DNA of 64,000 nucleotides from Octopus vulgaris. Taxonomy: Eukaryota. The position numbers were made by a program, and so were the translations under genes. Location of the stretch: assembly GCA_951406725.2 (NCBI GenBank), contig OX597817.1:174220001-174284000 (forward strand). The letters run 5' to 3'. The notes beneath the pieces were generated by a model, which was not told the DNA's origin, made no database searches, and worked only from the letters and a program-made list of their open reading frames with translations. Shown here piece after piece: positions 25,706-38,640 of the stretch; the first letter of the stretch is position 1; each line of letters opens with the position of its first letter.

Positions 25706-27234
25706 TGAAGGCACATGGCCCAGTGGTTAGAGCGTTGAGCTTACGACCATGAAGTTGTAAGTTCGATTCCCAGACTGGGCTGCATGTTGTGTTTCATGTT
25801 GCTCCAGTTAACTCAGCTGTAGAAATGAGTTGCGATATCACAGGTGCCAAGCTGCATCGGCCCCTTTGCCTTTCCCTTGGATAACATCAGCGGTGTGGAG
25901 AGGGGAGGCTGGTATGCATGGGCGACTGCTGGTCTTCCACAAACAACCTTGCCTGGACTTGTGCCTCAGAGGGTAACTTTCTAGGTGCAATCCCATGGTC
26001 ATTCATGACCAAAGGGGGTCTCCTCTTCCTCATATATATAAACACACACGGATATGATGGGCTTATTTCAGTTTCCATCTACCAAATCCACTTACAAGGC
26101 TTTGGTTGGCCTGAGGCTATAGTAGAAGACACTTGCCCAAGGTGTTATGAAGTGGGACTGAACTCGGAACCATTGTGCCTTTATAGAGTGATATTCAAAT
26201 TTGTTTAATAATGTTAAGTAAACCTACTTCTTTGCACACTGAACACAATTCTTGTGTTCTTAACTACTGCATATATTCTCAGCTAAGCTAGTTGCAATCT
26301 TATTTTATTTAAATGTTTCTTTTCCTGCACTTCATATATTCAAACTAATGTTTGTATTTAGAAAGCTATATGATCTGTAGTAGTAGTAGTATCATCATCG
26401 TTTTAATATCTACTTTTCCATGCTTCCATTGGTCAGACAGAATTTGTTGAGGCAGATTTTCTATGGCCAGATGCCCTTCCTGTCACAAACCCTCACCTGT
26501 TTCCATGGAAGGTAATATTTCTCTATGGCCAGACATGTTTTCACAGAAGGCTGGTTGTGAACACTTATTTGATGGTGACACTTGTTTACTGCCATCACTC
26601 AATGTCAAAACAAGGAAGCAAATGTACATGCACTCATATATTAATATAAATGTGGCAGGCTTCTATCAGCTTTCCTCTATCAAATCCACTCAGAAGGCTT
26701 TGGTTCATCCAGGGCTATAATAGAAGACACTTTCCCAAGTTGCCATGCAGTAAGATTGAACCTGAAACCATGCAGTTGGGAAGTGAATTTCTTAACCTCA
26801 CAATCATGCCTACAACTAGCAATGAATATTAAAGTATAACAAGGTTGTGAGGTGGCCGAATTGTTAGCACATCGGGTAAAATGCTTAGTGGTATTTCCTC
26901 TGACTTTTTGTTCTGAGATGAAATTCCACTGAGGTCAACTTTGCCTTTCATTCCTTTGAAGTTGATAAAATAAGTACCAGTTGAACACTGAGGGTCAATG
27001 TAATTGACTTATCCCCTCCCTAAAATTTGCTGGCCTTGTGCCAAAATTTGAAACCAATATTAAAGTATAATACATACACACACTCACATATATATGCATG
27101 TAAGCCATCTAAGAGTTCATAAGTCAGGAAAAAATGCATTTGTATATTGTCAGTTGAGTGGGCATATTAATTGAAATGTACAGTATTATATATCCATCAT
27201 GTCCGATCTCTAGAGAGTAGTTATCATATTTCAT

Positions 27235-27342
27235 TCCATAAGAGCTACCTCTGATGAGTGCAGGGCTACATAATCAGGTTGTTACCTAACACTCCGTTGA
27301 ACCTCTAGTGCGAAACTGATTGGTAAGATCAGCCCTAATGGA
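27235..27342 (+). ncRNA. Type I hammerhead ribozyme motif (partly degenerate) inside a fold-back element at about 27165-27370
   Basis: CTGATGA 27251-27257, GAAAC 27312-27316, GTA 27323-27325. Imperfect stem I TCCATAAGAGCTACCT / AGATCAGCCCTAATGGA; imperfect stem II GTGCAGGG / CTCTAGTGC. Confidence 0.7.
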
Positions 27343-27364
27343 TATATAATACTATACACTTTGA

Positions 27365-27398
<34 letters not shown>

Positions 27399-29941
27399 AA
27401 TTGCAACAATGAGATATAAATAACAGTCTCTAATAATATTAGAGGTTCAGTAAACCTTTATTTTAACTAATCATGATTTTGCTTGAATAACACATAGAAC
27501 TGCTAAGCTAGTGATAGTCTGTATATTCAGCAATCAGGTTGGAAATGTAAATTGAACACTATATTTTTCTGTGCTCTGAAAAGTAGGATTCCTCTCTGAC
27601 TAAGGGACACATCTCAAATATTGTTTTCCACTTTTCATGTTCCTCCAATATGCAGTTCTCATAATTTGTATTCCCTATTTTACTAGACACATTTAAACTA
27701 AACAAATGACTTTAATAGTGAGAGCCTTTCATAGCTTAACGTCAGCATTATAGAAAACAGATAACCTTGATAGACAGATGCATTTCCTTCAGTTTCATAA
27801 CCACCAGTCTATGTTATATTCAAGGTGAATATTTCTGAGAGAAAGAAATCGAAATAGCTGCATGAGCACCTCTTCATCATATATATTTGTTTTGCAATCC
27901 GTCAGCGTTTCTCTTATTTTTCTTTCCCTCTTTTCATCAGAAACTATCTAATAATTTTCCAAGCCTTCATTTTTGGCTCCAATGCTCTGTGTGTGTGTAT
28001 GTGTGTGTGCATGTGTGAGTATGTGTGAATGTGTGTGTATGTGTGTGCATGTGTGAGTATGTGTGTATGTGTGTGTATGTGTGTGCATGTTTGTGTTTGT
28101 GTGTTGAAGTGATTTGATATATCAGACTCTTGTCAGGTCACTGGTAACCACTGTGCTTACTCTTTACCCCGAACACTCTAATAAAGTGAGCTTTATTAAA
28201 GTGTTCAGCTTGGCTGTTCTTACAGTGAATGCCAGCCCCACCCTTTTATCTTTCCTCTCTCTCTTATTATCAATTCTCTTTTCTGATTTCCATTTAGGTG
28301 AGATTTGCTTTAATAGCAACTGCATTCCATCAGGCAAAAATGAATGAAAGAAAAAGCAATTTTGTCTGATGGGCGTTTTTAGTCAGTTTAATAATGACTC
28401 TGATATTAATGTTTTCATATACTGGTTAGAACAGTTGGGTATATGATCTCAAAAGCACTGCCAAATCCGATATGCAATGCAGAAAAATTTGAAGTGTCTG
28501 TTATGATGACTCTTAGCCATCATTAAGCAATCACGCTACTTATTTTAGCTAATTAATCTCAGAATGGTTAGTTAAAAGCAAGAAGAATTGGGCAAGTGGC
28601 AGAGATATTGTTATGCAGGTACCTTGATGTATGTTGAGAGTAGGAATGAAGTAGAAAGGTGAATTGACCATACCGAAGTTGTGTAAAGATAATTGTTATT
28701 GTGTTGGTTTGGTGGCTATTCTGAGAGTATAGAGTATAGACATACTGTTAACAGAGGAATAGAAACATAATGTGGTTTGGTTGAACAATAGAATGTTGAC
28801 TGTTGCTAGGGAACGGAAGATTAAGAAGAAGTCATAGTGAAAGTTAACAGTAAATGATAGAGTTACTTTTTTAATCATTGTATGGAATTATAATGTTCAT
28901 AATAGGAAAAACCAAGAAGGAAGGATGTATTGGTGTTTGGAAGCCATTGTCATGGTATAATAAATGAAGTTAGCTTTAGGGATTCCTTGATATGGGTGAC
29001 TGACTATCTATAATACAAGCTTCATAAAGCTAGGTTACTTATCGTAGGATCGAGATACAAATTGATTTTGCTTATAGAGATAAGATGGAAAAGAAGAGAA
29101 CTAATAGTTAAAAAACAAAACAAAAAGATGAATGCCTGTTCCTAAAGGGCATCGATTGTAATATTGCTATAATACAGTAAAGAATATACCTAGAGCTTCT
29201 TTTTAGCCAGCATTATGTGTTATAATGATTATAAGCCATTTGTCTGTACAATATGTCCATGGACACAAAAAGAGGGAACAATTGTATGCAAGTTTCAGTT
29301 CTTGTTGAAATCATCATCAGCAACTGTGTACTTTTTTCACCTGTCCATTAACACACTGTTTATAAACCCACTAATATTAGGTACCCATAAGGCAGCGGAG
29401 CTGGCAGAATCATTAGCATGCTGAGCAAAATGCTTTGTGGCATTTTGTCTGTCTTTATGTTCTGTGTTCAAATTCTGCCGAGGTCAACACTTTTCTAAGC
29501 AGGTAGGCTGAACATTAAATTATAGGTGTGTCTATAATAAATTATATCATTGCTATAATAAATTATAGACCATATCTATAGATTTTTTTAGCCAATAATG
29601 CTTGTTCTTACTGTTATAAACAAGTCATCTGTACAATATATCTGTGAACAGAAAAAGAGGGCATAATTGTATGCATGTTTCGATTCTTATTGGAACCATC
29701 ATCAGCTACTGGGAATCTTCTTCTGTCCTACTTTAGGAGTGTGTTCCAATTAGTATTAGGGGCCAAAGTAGACTAGATAGATCAATTTGAATATTAAGCA
29801 CTTTTCTAGACAGCTAGCTCAAACATTAAATTACTGTAAGCTACTGATCTCTCTTTGTGGATGGAACAGCCAAATAGTGAGCTTCATCTCATTTCTATCT
29901 TTTTATCTTTTTACTTGTTTCAGTCATTGAACTGAAAGAAA

Positions 29942-29980
<39 letters not shown>

Positions 29981-30265
29981 TTGTATTGACATTGTGTGTT
30001 AATCATGAATGAGCAACACAGTTATGTAAGTGTTAACTGCTGATGCCAATTTTCCATGATAACATAACAAGCCTTTGGGAAGTTAAACCTTGCTTGGAAA
30101 CAAGTGAGGGGTTGGTGACAGGAAGGGCACCCGGCTGTACTAAAATGTCTCTATTACATAGACATAAACCATGCTAGCATAAAAATGAACGAATGAATAC
30201 CTTTGTGTATGTGTGTGTATATATATGTATAAATGTGTGTATATATATATAGAGAGAGAAAGAGA

Positions 30266-30565
30266 GCAATAAGAAAATGGAGGGGATCAATAGGTTGTTC
30301 ATCAACTTTTAGACAATTTATATTCATGTATATTATATTGTATTAATTATTGTATCTTTATATATTAATATATCTTATATATTATATGTAAAGCAGAATA
30401 TGTTATACATGTATGTATATTCTTGAAATTGTCAGTTTAGTAAATATATAAATAAGTTAACATAATATAATGTCTAAAAGTTGATGAACCACCTATTGAT
30501 CCCCTCCATTTTCTTGTTGCTATATAAATTAATGGTAAAATATCTCTTTACCTTCACCCATTTAG
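30266..30565 (+). mobile_element. Fold-back element (about 50-bp arms at 30266-30316 and 30471-30520, plus tail), PLE-pLTR-like
   Basis: Near-perfect inverted arms, AT-rich centre, next to a TA/GA microsatellite. Confidence 0.6.
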
Positions 30566-31325
30566 TACACTAGGTACTATCCCCAAATGGCCCTGTCAAC
30601 AACATTGTTCCACCACCACATTACCTTGGGTCAAGAGGAGACTTTGCACCATCCACAAATCTGGTCAATGGCCCTCAGCAGATTGTCTTGTAGAAAACTC
30701 CAGTTGTCTTCCACATCACGTGATGTTACATCCCTTTCTATTTTGTCAAAAATTTTTTCTGGTGAGGATGTAGTCAATTTGGCTAGTGTGTCTACCAGAT
30801 TGGTAGGTGACTAGGTGACTGGCAGGTTTCTGGAGATGGTATTGCAAACCATAAGATCATTTGCATCACAGAACTCCAGTAGTCTGGTTCCTTCCTCATT
30901 GTGGGAGCCAAAACCATAGCCTCCATGTATCTCATGGAAACCCCTGCATGTTGTACAACATGTCCATTGAAGTCACCAACCACAAAGAGAAGGTCCCTGT
31001 CATTCGTAACAAAGTAGTCTGCAAGAGGGTGTCATAAAATCGGTCTTTCTATCCATCAGGTAGCCCAAGCAGGGGCCGAGATAACGGTTACTAACCCATG
31101 ATGGAGCACTAATCCAATCTTAAGTATTCTATCGCATACTCTGACTACCTCGATTACCTTATCAACCCATTTCTCCACAAGAAGAATACCCACGCCCCGA
31201 CCCTGTCAGTGTTCCCTGCCCAGAAAATCTTGTACCTGTGTTCTTTGCCTGTGAGGAACCTAGCGGAACCTCTTCTCCATCTTACTTCTTGGATGCAGCA
31301 CAAATCTATATGTCTCCGTTCAGGC
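30566..31325 (-). mobile_element. RTE LINE 5' fragment encoding a decayed APE endonuclease domain
   Basis: IDLCCIQEVRW and VGDFNGHV motifs in minus-strand ORFs, with frameshifts. Confidence 0.9.
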
Positions 31326-31391
31326 ATGTAAAAAAAAAAGAAATCAACCTTTGAATGTTGGGCCTCACAGAGGCAAAATGGTTGAGTACCC

Positions 31392-31617
31392 TTCAATCGA
31401 AGGAGAGGAGCTTTCTCCATCCGGGTTGCGGATCCGTGGAACAAGCTGCCAGACGAGATGGTGAAGATGCTGACGACCGCTTTGTTCAAAGCCTCCCTGG
31501 ACCTCAAGTGGCCTGAACTCTTTACATGAACACCACCCTGTACTTAACTCCATGTCCCCCTACATGGCCTTGCTATTTGCTTTTGAGCCAAATTAACTAA
31601 CTAACTAACTAACTAAA
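31392..31617 (+). mobile_element. CR1-like LINE 3' end with (CTAA)n tail, inserted in an RTE 3' UTR (about 31325-32060)
   Basis: Translates RRGAFSIRVADPWNKLPDEMVKMLTTALFKASLD (FSxRVxxxWNxLP...FKxxLD). Confidence 0.85.
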
Positions 31618-32122
31618 CGTTGGACCTGATGGAGGCATAATGATAGTTCCTTTCGAGGATTGGGCTTCATGGAGGCAAAGTAACTGAGTTCCTTTCAAGT
31701 GTTGGGCCTCACTGAGGCGAGGTGGCTGAGTTCCTTTCGAGTTGACCTCATGGAGGCGAGGTGGCTGAGTTCCTTTTAAGTGTTGGACCTCACAGAAGCA
31801 ATGACCAAGACTTTGGCATTATGTTGTGCTTGAGAAGAAGACCCATCAAGCCAAGCAAAATTACAATTATGGCAGATATCAGTGGTATGTAAAAGCACCC
31901 ATTACACTCTTGGAGTGATTGGCATTAGGAAGGGCATCTAGCCATAGGAAACCATACCAAATCAGACTGGATCCTGGCGCAGCCTTCCAGCGTGCCTGTC
32001 TGGTCCAACCGTCCAACCCATGCCAGCATGGACAATGGACATTAAATGATGATGTGATGATGTGTGTGTGTATGTGTGTGTGTTTATATATGTATATATA
32101 ATATAATATATATATATATATA

Positions 32123-33391
32123 ACTAGGAAGATGGTTTTTGTATGTGGCAGATGCTCGAGAGCATTAACCTCTGAAAATCTGCAGAAAACAACTTCCGTC
32201 ACTTTCCAGGGGGAAAAACTAGAAGTAGTTGATAGCTTCTGTTATCTTGGTGACCAAGTCAGTAGTGGGGGTGGGTGTGCTGAAAGTGTAATGGCTAGAG
32301 TAAGAATAGCCTGGGCAAAGTTTAGGGAGCTCTTACCTCTGTTGGTGACTAAAGGCCTCTCGCTCAGAGTAAAAGGCAGACTGTATGATGCATGTGTACG
32401 AACAGCCATGCTACATGGCAGTGAAACATGGGCAGTGACTGCTGAGGACATGCGTAAGCTCGCGAGAAATGAAGCTAGTATGCTCCGTTGGATGTGTAAT
32501 GTCAGTGTTCATAGTCGACAGAGTGTAAGTACCTTGAGAGAAAAGTTGGACCTAAGAGGCATCAGATGTTGTGTGCAAGAGAGACGATTGCGCTGGTATG
32601 GTCATGTGAGAATGGATGAAGATAGGTGTGTGAAAAAGTGCCACACCCTGGCAGTTGAGGGGACCTGTGGAAGAGGTAGACCCAGGAAAACCTGGGTCGA
32701 GGTGGTGAAGCGCGACCTTCGAACTCTAAGTCTCACCAAGGAAATGACCAGAGATCGAGACCTATGGAAGTATGCTGTGCGTGAGAAGACCCGGCAAGAC
32801 CAGTGAGAACAATCAAAATCAAATCATATATCAGAAAGCAGGGGTTAAGTGATCCATCCGTTCGTGTCCGCTGTCAGCCTCGTCTGGCACCCATGCCGGT
32901 GATACGTAAAAGCACCATTCGCTCGTGGCCGTTTGCCAGCTCTGCCTGGCCCCCGTGTCGGTGGCACGTAAAAGCACCATCCGTTCGTGTTCATTGCCAG
33001 CCTCGGCTGGCCCCCGTGCCGGTGACACGTAAAAGCACCGTCCGTTCGTGGCCGTTTGCCAGCTCTGTCTGGCCCCGTGTCAGTGGCACGTAAAAGCACC
33101 ATCCGTTCGTGTCCGTTGCCAGCATCGCCTGGCCCCGTGCCGGTGACACGTAAAAGCACCATCCGTTCGTGGCCGTTCGCCAGCTCTGTCTGGCACCTGT
33201 GCAGGTGGCACGTAAAAAACACCCACTACACTCGCGGAGTGGTTGGCGTTAGGAAGGGCATCCAGCCGTAGAAACACTGCCAGATCTGACTGGGCCTGAC
33301 GAAGCCTTCCAGCTTCACAGACCCCAGTTGACCCGTCCAACCCATGCTAGCATGGAAAGCGGACGCTAAATGATGATGATGATGATGATGA
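32123..33391 (+). mobile_element. 5'-truncated RTE LINE (ORF 32132-32806) with a multi-unit 3' UTR and (GAT)n tail
   Basis: The protein is nearly identical to the C-terminal part of 9570-10565. About six 65-bp UTR units at 32850-33220. Confidence 0.95.
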
Positions 33392-33401
33392 TATATATAC
33401 A

Positions 33402-33820
33402 TAAAATAATTTACTTTGCCACATACTGAAATTTTTAGAAATAGCAGCCCCAAAAAATGAAATGTTGAGCTGACGAAAGAAATGTTGAGTTTTAATTCGG
33501 CTAGTCTAGAAACATGAACGTTCTCAAATAATCTTTGTACGTGTGATATTTTGTTGTTTTCCCTCCATATCTACGTGAATTATTTTTGAGTAAGCACTTT
33601 CAGGGAGATTCTTCTTAAAGTAGTAGAAATGGCTAAAGAAAATTTTTTTTGGCTGCTATTTCTAAAAATTTCAGTATGTGGCAAAGTAAATTATTTTACT
33701 GAGCCCTTAATTATATAAAGAAATATTTTGAATACGCCTTGAATGGTCCTTTTACATACTGAACACTACTTGGGGAAATTAATTAATAACTAATTGATTT
33801 TACCCTTAATTATTGATATA
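33402..33820 (+). mobile_element. Fold-back PLE-pLTR-like element with perfect 48-bp inverted arms and an internal hammerhead
   Basis: 33402-33449 is the exact reverse complement of 33651-33698. The tail is homologous to the reverse complement of 39120-39235. Flanked by TA repeats. Confidence 0.75.
33465..33527 (+). ncRNA. Type I hammerhead ribozyme motif
   Basis: Stem I TTGAG/CTCAA; CTGACGA 33470-33476; imperfect stem II; GAAAC 33509-33513; GTT cleavage triplet 33520-33522. Confidence 0.7.
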
Positions 33821-33824
33821 TATA

Positions 33825-34005
33825 TCATCATCATCATCATCATCATCGTTTAACGTCCGTTTTCCGTGCTAGCACGGGTTGGACGGTTTGACCGGGGTCT
33901 AGGAAGCCAGGGGCTGCACCAGGCTCCAGTCTGATCTGGCAGTGTTTCTACAGCTGGATGCCCTTCCTAACGCCAACCACTCCGCGAGTGTAGTGGGTGC
34001 TTTTT
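33825..34005 (-). mobile_element. RTE-type 3' tail (SINE or short LINE end), inverted relative to its neighbours
   Basis: Reverse complement of 33215-33391. Confidence 0.85.
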
Positions 34006-34119
34006 ATATAGATATATACACCCACACACACACACGCATGGCTGATGCCAGCGCTGCCTGTCTGGCACCTGTGCTGATGGCATGTAAAATGCACCATTTG
34101 AGCATGGCCATTGCCAGTG

Positions 34120-37100
34120 CCGCCTGACTGGCACCCATGCCTGTGTCATGTAAAAAGCACCATTCGAGTGTGACTGATGCCAGTGCCGCCTGACTGGCAC
34201 CCATGCCTGTGTCATGTAAAAAGCACCATTCGAGTGTGACCGATGCCACTGCTGCCTGACTGGCACCCATGTGCCTGTGTCATGTAAAAGCACCATTCGA
34301 GTGTGACTGATGCCACTGCGCCTGACTGCCAGTGCTGCCTGACTGGCACCCATGCCTGTGTCATGTAAAAAGCACCATTCGAGTGTGACCGATGCCACTG
34401 CTGCCTGACTGGCACCCATGCCTGTGTCATGTAAAAAGCACCATTCGAGTGTGACCACTGATGCCACTGCCTGCCTGACTGGCACCCATGCCTGTGTCAT
34501 GTAAAAAGCACCATTCGAGTGTGACCGATGCCACTGCCGCCTGACTGGCACCCATGCCTGTGTCATGTAAAAAGCACCATTCGAGTGTGACCGATGCCAC
34601 TGCTGCCTGACTGGCACCCATGCCTGTGTCATGTAAAAAGCACCATTCGAGTGTGACCGATGCCACTGCCGCCTGCCTGACTGGCACCCATGCCTGTGTC
34701 ATGTAAAAAGCACCATTCGAGTGTGACCGATGCCACTGCTGCCTGACTGGCACCCATGCCTGTGTCATGTAAAAAGCACCATTCGAGTGTGACCGATGCC
34801 ACTGCTGCCTGACTGGCACCCATGCCTGTGTCATGTAAAAAGCACCATTCGAGTGTGACCGATGCCACTGCTGCCTGACTGGCACCCATGCCTGTGTCAT
34901 GTAAAAAGCACCATTCGAGTGTGACCGATGCCACTGCTGCCTGACTGGCACCCATGCCTGTGTCATGTAAAAAGCACCATTCGAGTGTGACCGATGCCAC
35001 TGCTGCCTGACTGGCACCCATGCCTGTGTCATGTAAAAAGCACCATTCGAGTGTGACCGATGCCACTGCTGCCTGACTGGCACCCATGCCTGTGTCATGT
35101 AAAAAGCACCATTCGAGTGTGACCGATGCCACTGCTGCCTGACTGGCACCCATGCCTGTGTCATGTAAAAAGCACCATTCGAGTGTGACTGATGCCACTG
35201 CCGCCTGACTGGCACCCATGCCTGTGTCATGTAAAAAGCACCATTCGAGTGTGACCGATGCCACTGCTGCCTGACTGGCACCCATGCCTGTGTCATGTAA
35301 AAAGCACCATTCGAGTGTGACCGATGCCACTGCCGCCTGACTGGCACCCATGCCTGTGTCATGTAAAAAGCACCATTCGAGTGTGACCGATGCCACTGCT
35401 GCCTGACTGGCACCCATGCCTGTGTCATGTAAAAAGCACCATTCGAGTGTGACCGATGCCACTGCCGCCTGACTGGCACCCATGCCTGTGTCATGTAAAA
35501 AGCACCATTCGAGTGTGACCGATGCCACTGCTGCCTGACTGGCACCCATGCCTGTGTCATGTAAAAAGCACCATTCGAGTGTGACCGATGCCAGTGCCGC
35601 CTGACTGGCACCCATGCCTGTGTCATGTAAAAAGCACCATTCGAGTGTGACCGATGCCACTGCTGCCTGACTGGCACCCATGCCTGTGTCATGTAAAAAG
35701 CACCATTCGAGTGTGACTGATGCCACTGCTGCCTGACTGGCACCCATGCCTGTGTCATGTAAAAAGCACCATTCGAGTGTGACCGATGCCACTGCCGCCT
35801 GACTGGCACCCATGCCTGTGTCATGTAAAAAGCACCATTCGAGTGTGACCGATGCCACTGCTGCCTGACTGGCACCCATGCCTGTGTCATGTAAAAAGCA
35901 CCATTCGAGTGTGACTGATGCCACTGCTGCCTGACTGGCACCCATGCCTGTGTCATGTAAAAAGCACCATTCGAGTGTGACCGATATGATGCCACTGCTG
36001 CCTGACTGGCACCCATGCCTGTGTCATGTAAAAAGCACCATTCGAGTGTGACTGATGCCAGTTCCGCCTGACTGGCACCCATGCCTGTGTCATGTAAAAA
36101 GCACCATTCGAGTGTGACCGATGCCACTGCTGCCTGACTGGCACCCATGCCTGTGTCATGTAAAAAGCACCATTCGAGTGTGACCGATGCCAGTGCCGCC
36201 TGACTGGCACCCATGCCTGTGTCATGTAAAAAGCACCATTCGAGTGTGACCGATGCCACTGCTGCCTGACTGGCACCCATGCCTGTGTCATGTAAAAAGC
36301 ACCATTCGAGTGTGACTGATGCCAGTGCCGCCTGACTGGCACCCATGCCTGTGTCATGTAAAAAGCACCATTCGAGTGTGACCGATGCCACTGCTGCCTG
36401 ACTGGCACCCATGCCTGTGTCATGTAAAAAGCACCATTCGAGTGTGACCGATGCCAGTGCCGCCTGACTGGCACCCATGCCTGTGTCATGTAAAAAGCAC
36501 CATTCGAGTGTGACCGATGCCACTGCTGCCTGACTGGCACCCATGCCTGTGTCATGTAAAAAGCACTATTCGAGTGTGACTGATGCCACTGCTGCCTGAT
36601 TGGCACCCATGCCTGTGGCATGTAAAAAGCACCATTCGAGTGTGACCGATGCCACTGCTGCCTGACTGGCACCCATGCCTGTGGCATGTAAAAAGCACCA
36701 TTCGAGTGTGACTGATGCCACTGCTGCCTGACTGGCACCCATGCCTGTGTCATGTAAAAAGCACCATTCGAGTGTGACCGATGCCACTGCTGCCTGACTG
36801 GCACCCATGCCTGTGGCATGTAAAAAGCACCATTCGAGTGTGACCGATGCCACTGCGGCCTGACTGGCACCCATGCCTGTGTCATGTAAAAAGCACCATT
36901 CGAGTGTGACTGATGCCACTGCTGCCTGACTGGCACCCATGCCTGTGTCATGTAAAAAGCACCATTCGAGTGTGACCGATGCCACTGCTGCCTGACTGGC
37001 ACCCATGCCTGTGGCATGTAAAAAGCACCATTCGAGTGTGACTGATGCCACTGCTGCCTGACTGGCACCCATGCCTGTGTCATGTAAAAAGCACCATTCG

Positions 37101-37990
37101 AGTGTGACCGATGCCACTGCGGCCTGACTGGCACCCATGCCTGTGTCATGTAAAAGCACCATTCGAGTGTGACTGATGCCACTGCTGCCTGACTGGCACC
37201 CATGCCTGTGTCATGTAAAAAGCACCATTCGAGTGTGACTGATGCCACTGCCGCCTGACTGGCACCCATGCCTGTGGCATGTAAAAAGCACCATTCGAGT
37301 GTGACTGATGCCACTGCTGCCTGACAGGCACCCATGCCTGTGTCATGTAAAAAGCACCATTCGAGTGTGACCGATGCCACTGCTGCCTGACTGGCACCCA
37401 TGCCTGTGTCATGTAAAAAGCACCATTCGAGTGTGACCGATGCCACTGCTGCCTGACTGGCACCCATGCCTGTGTCATGTAAAAAGCACCATTCGAGTGT
37501 GACTGATGCCACTGCCGCCTGACTGGCACCCATGCCTGTGTCATGTAAAAAGCACCATTCGAGTGTGACCGATGCCACTGCTGCCTGACTGGCACCCATG
37601 CCTGTGTCATGTAAAAAGCACCATTCGAGTGTGACTGATGCCACTGCTGCCTGACTGGCACCCATGCCTGTGTCATGTAAAAAGCACCATTCGAGTGTGA
37701 CTGATGCCACTGCTGCCTGACTGGCACCCATGCCTGTGTCATGTAAAAAGCACCATTCGAGTGTGACTGATGCCACTGCCGCCTGACTGGCACCCATGCC
37801 TGTGGCATGTAAAAGCACCATTCGAGTGTGACTGATGCCACTGCTGCCTGACTGGCACCCATGCCTGTGTCATGTAAAAAGCACCATTCGAGTGTGACCG
37901 ATGCCAGTGCCGCCTGACTGGCACCCATGCCTGTGGCATGTAAAAAGCACCAATCGAGTGTGACCGATGCCACTGCTGCCTGACTGGCTC
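34120..37990 (+). repeat. Tandem array of a 66-bp unit, about 58 copies, inside an RTE-type 3' UTR that resumes at 38000-38180
   Basis: Unit GCACCCATGCCTGTGTCATGTAAAAAGCACCATTCGAGTGTGACCGATGCCACTGCTGCCTGACTG, homologous to the UTR units at 10740-10960 and 32850-33220. Confidence 0.97.
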
Positions 37991-38180
37991 ATGTGCCAGT
38001 GGCATGTAAAAGCACCCACTTCATTGTCAGAGTGGTTGGCATTTGGAAGGGCATTCAGCTGTAGAAACCTTGCCAAATCAGATTGGAGCCTGGTGCAACC
38101 TCCTGGCTTGCCAGTTCTCAGTCAAACCATCTAACCCATGCTAGCATGGAAAGCAGACGTTAAACGACAACAACGATGAT

Positions 38181-38212
<32 letters not shown>

Positions 38213-38384
38213 TATTTGTTCATTGTTTTGGTTTATTTGTTGCTTGAGAGAATTACCCCCATCTGCGATCCTCTCAAGCTGAGAATCTTAAATGTAAAAT
38301 CCAAGGCAAAGAAGACATAAAATTTAAAAAATCAGACGGTTTAGAAATCATTTTTTCATATTTTCATCTGTTATTTCATGGCAT

Positions 38385-38640
38385 CATTCCCCTCCTCCAC
38401 TTCTTCTTCCTCCTCCATTTCTTCCTCCTTCTCCTCCATCTCTTCCTCCTCCTTCATCATTTTCCTCCTCCTCCTCCACTTCTTCCTCCATCTCCTCCAT
38501 CTCTTCCTCCTCCTCCTCCATTTTTCCTCCTCCTCCTCCTGCTCCTGCTCCTGCTCCTCCTCCATTTCTTCCTCCTCCTCCTCCATCTCTTCCTCCTCCT
38601 CCTCCTCCATCTCTTCCTCCTCCCCCCCTCCTTTCCTCCT
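38385..38640 (+). repeat. (CTC/TTC/ATC) pyrimidine-rich triplet tract
   Basis: Direct reading. Confidence 0.95.

Noticed and set aside
28560-29010. Possible decayed Penelope RT on the minus strand
   Set aside because: Only vague resemblance and no diagnostic motif; needs tBLASTn.
30385-30445. Hammerhead relic in the centre of the 30.3-kb fold-back (CAGAATA...GAAAT TGTCA GTT)
   Set aside because: Too many core substitutions to call.
34120-37990. CRISPR array or long repeat protein (ORFs of 438-705 aa)
   Set aside because: There are no unique spacers and the context is eukaryotic. The ORFs arise because the 66-bp unit is a multiple of 3 and has no stop in two minus-strand frames.
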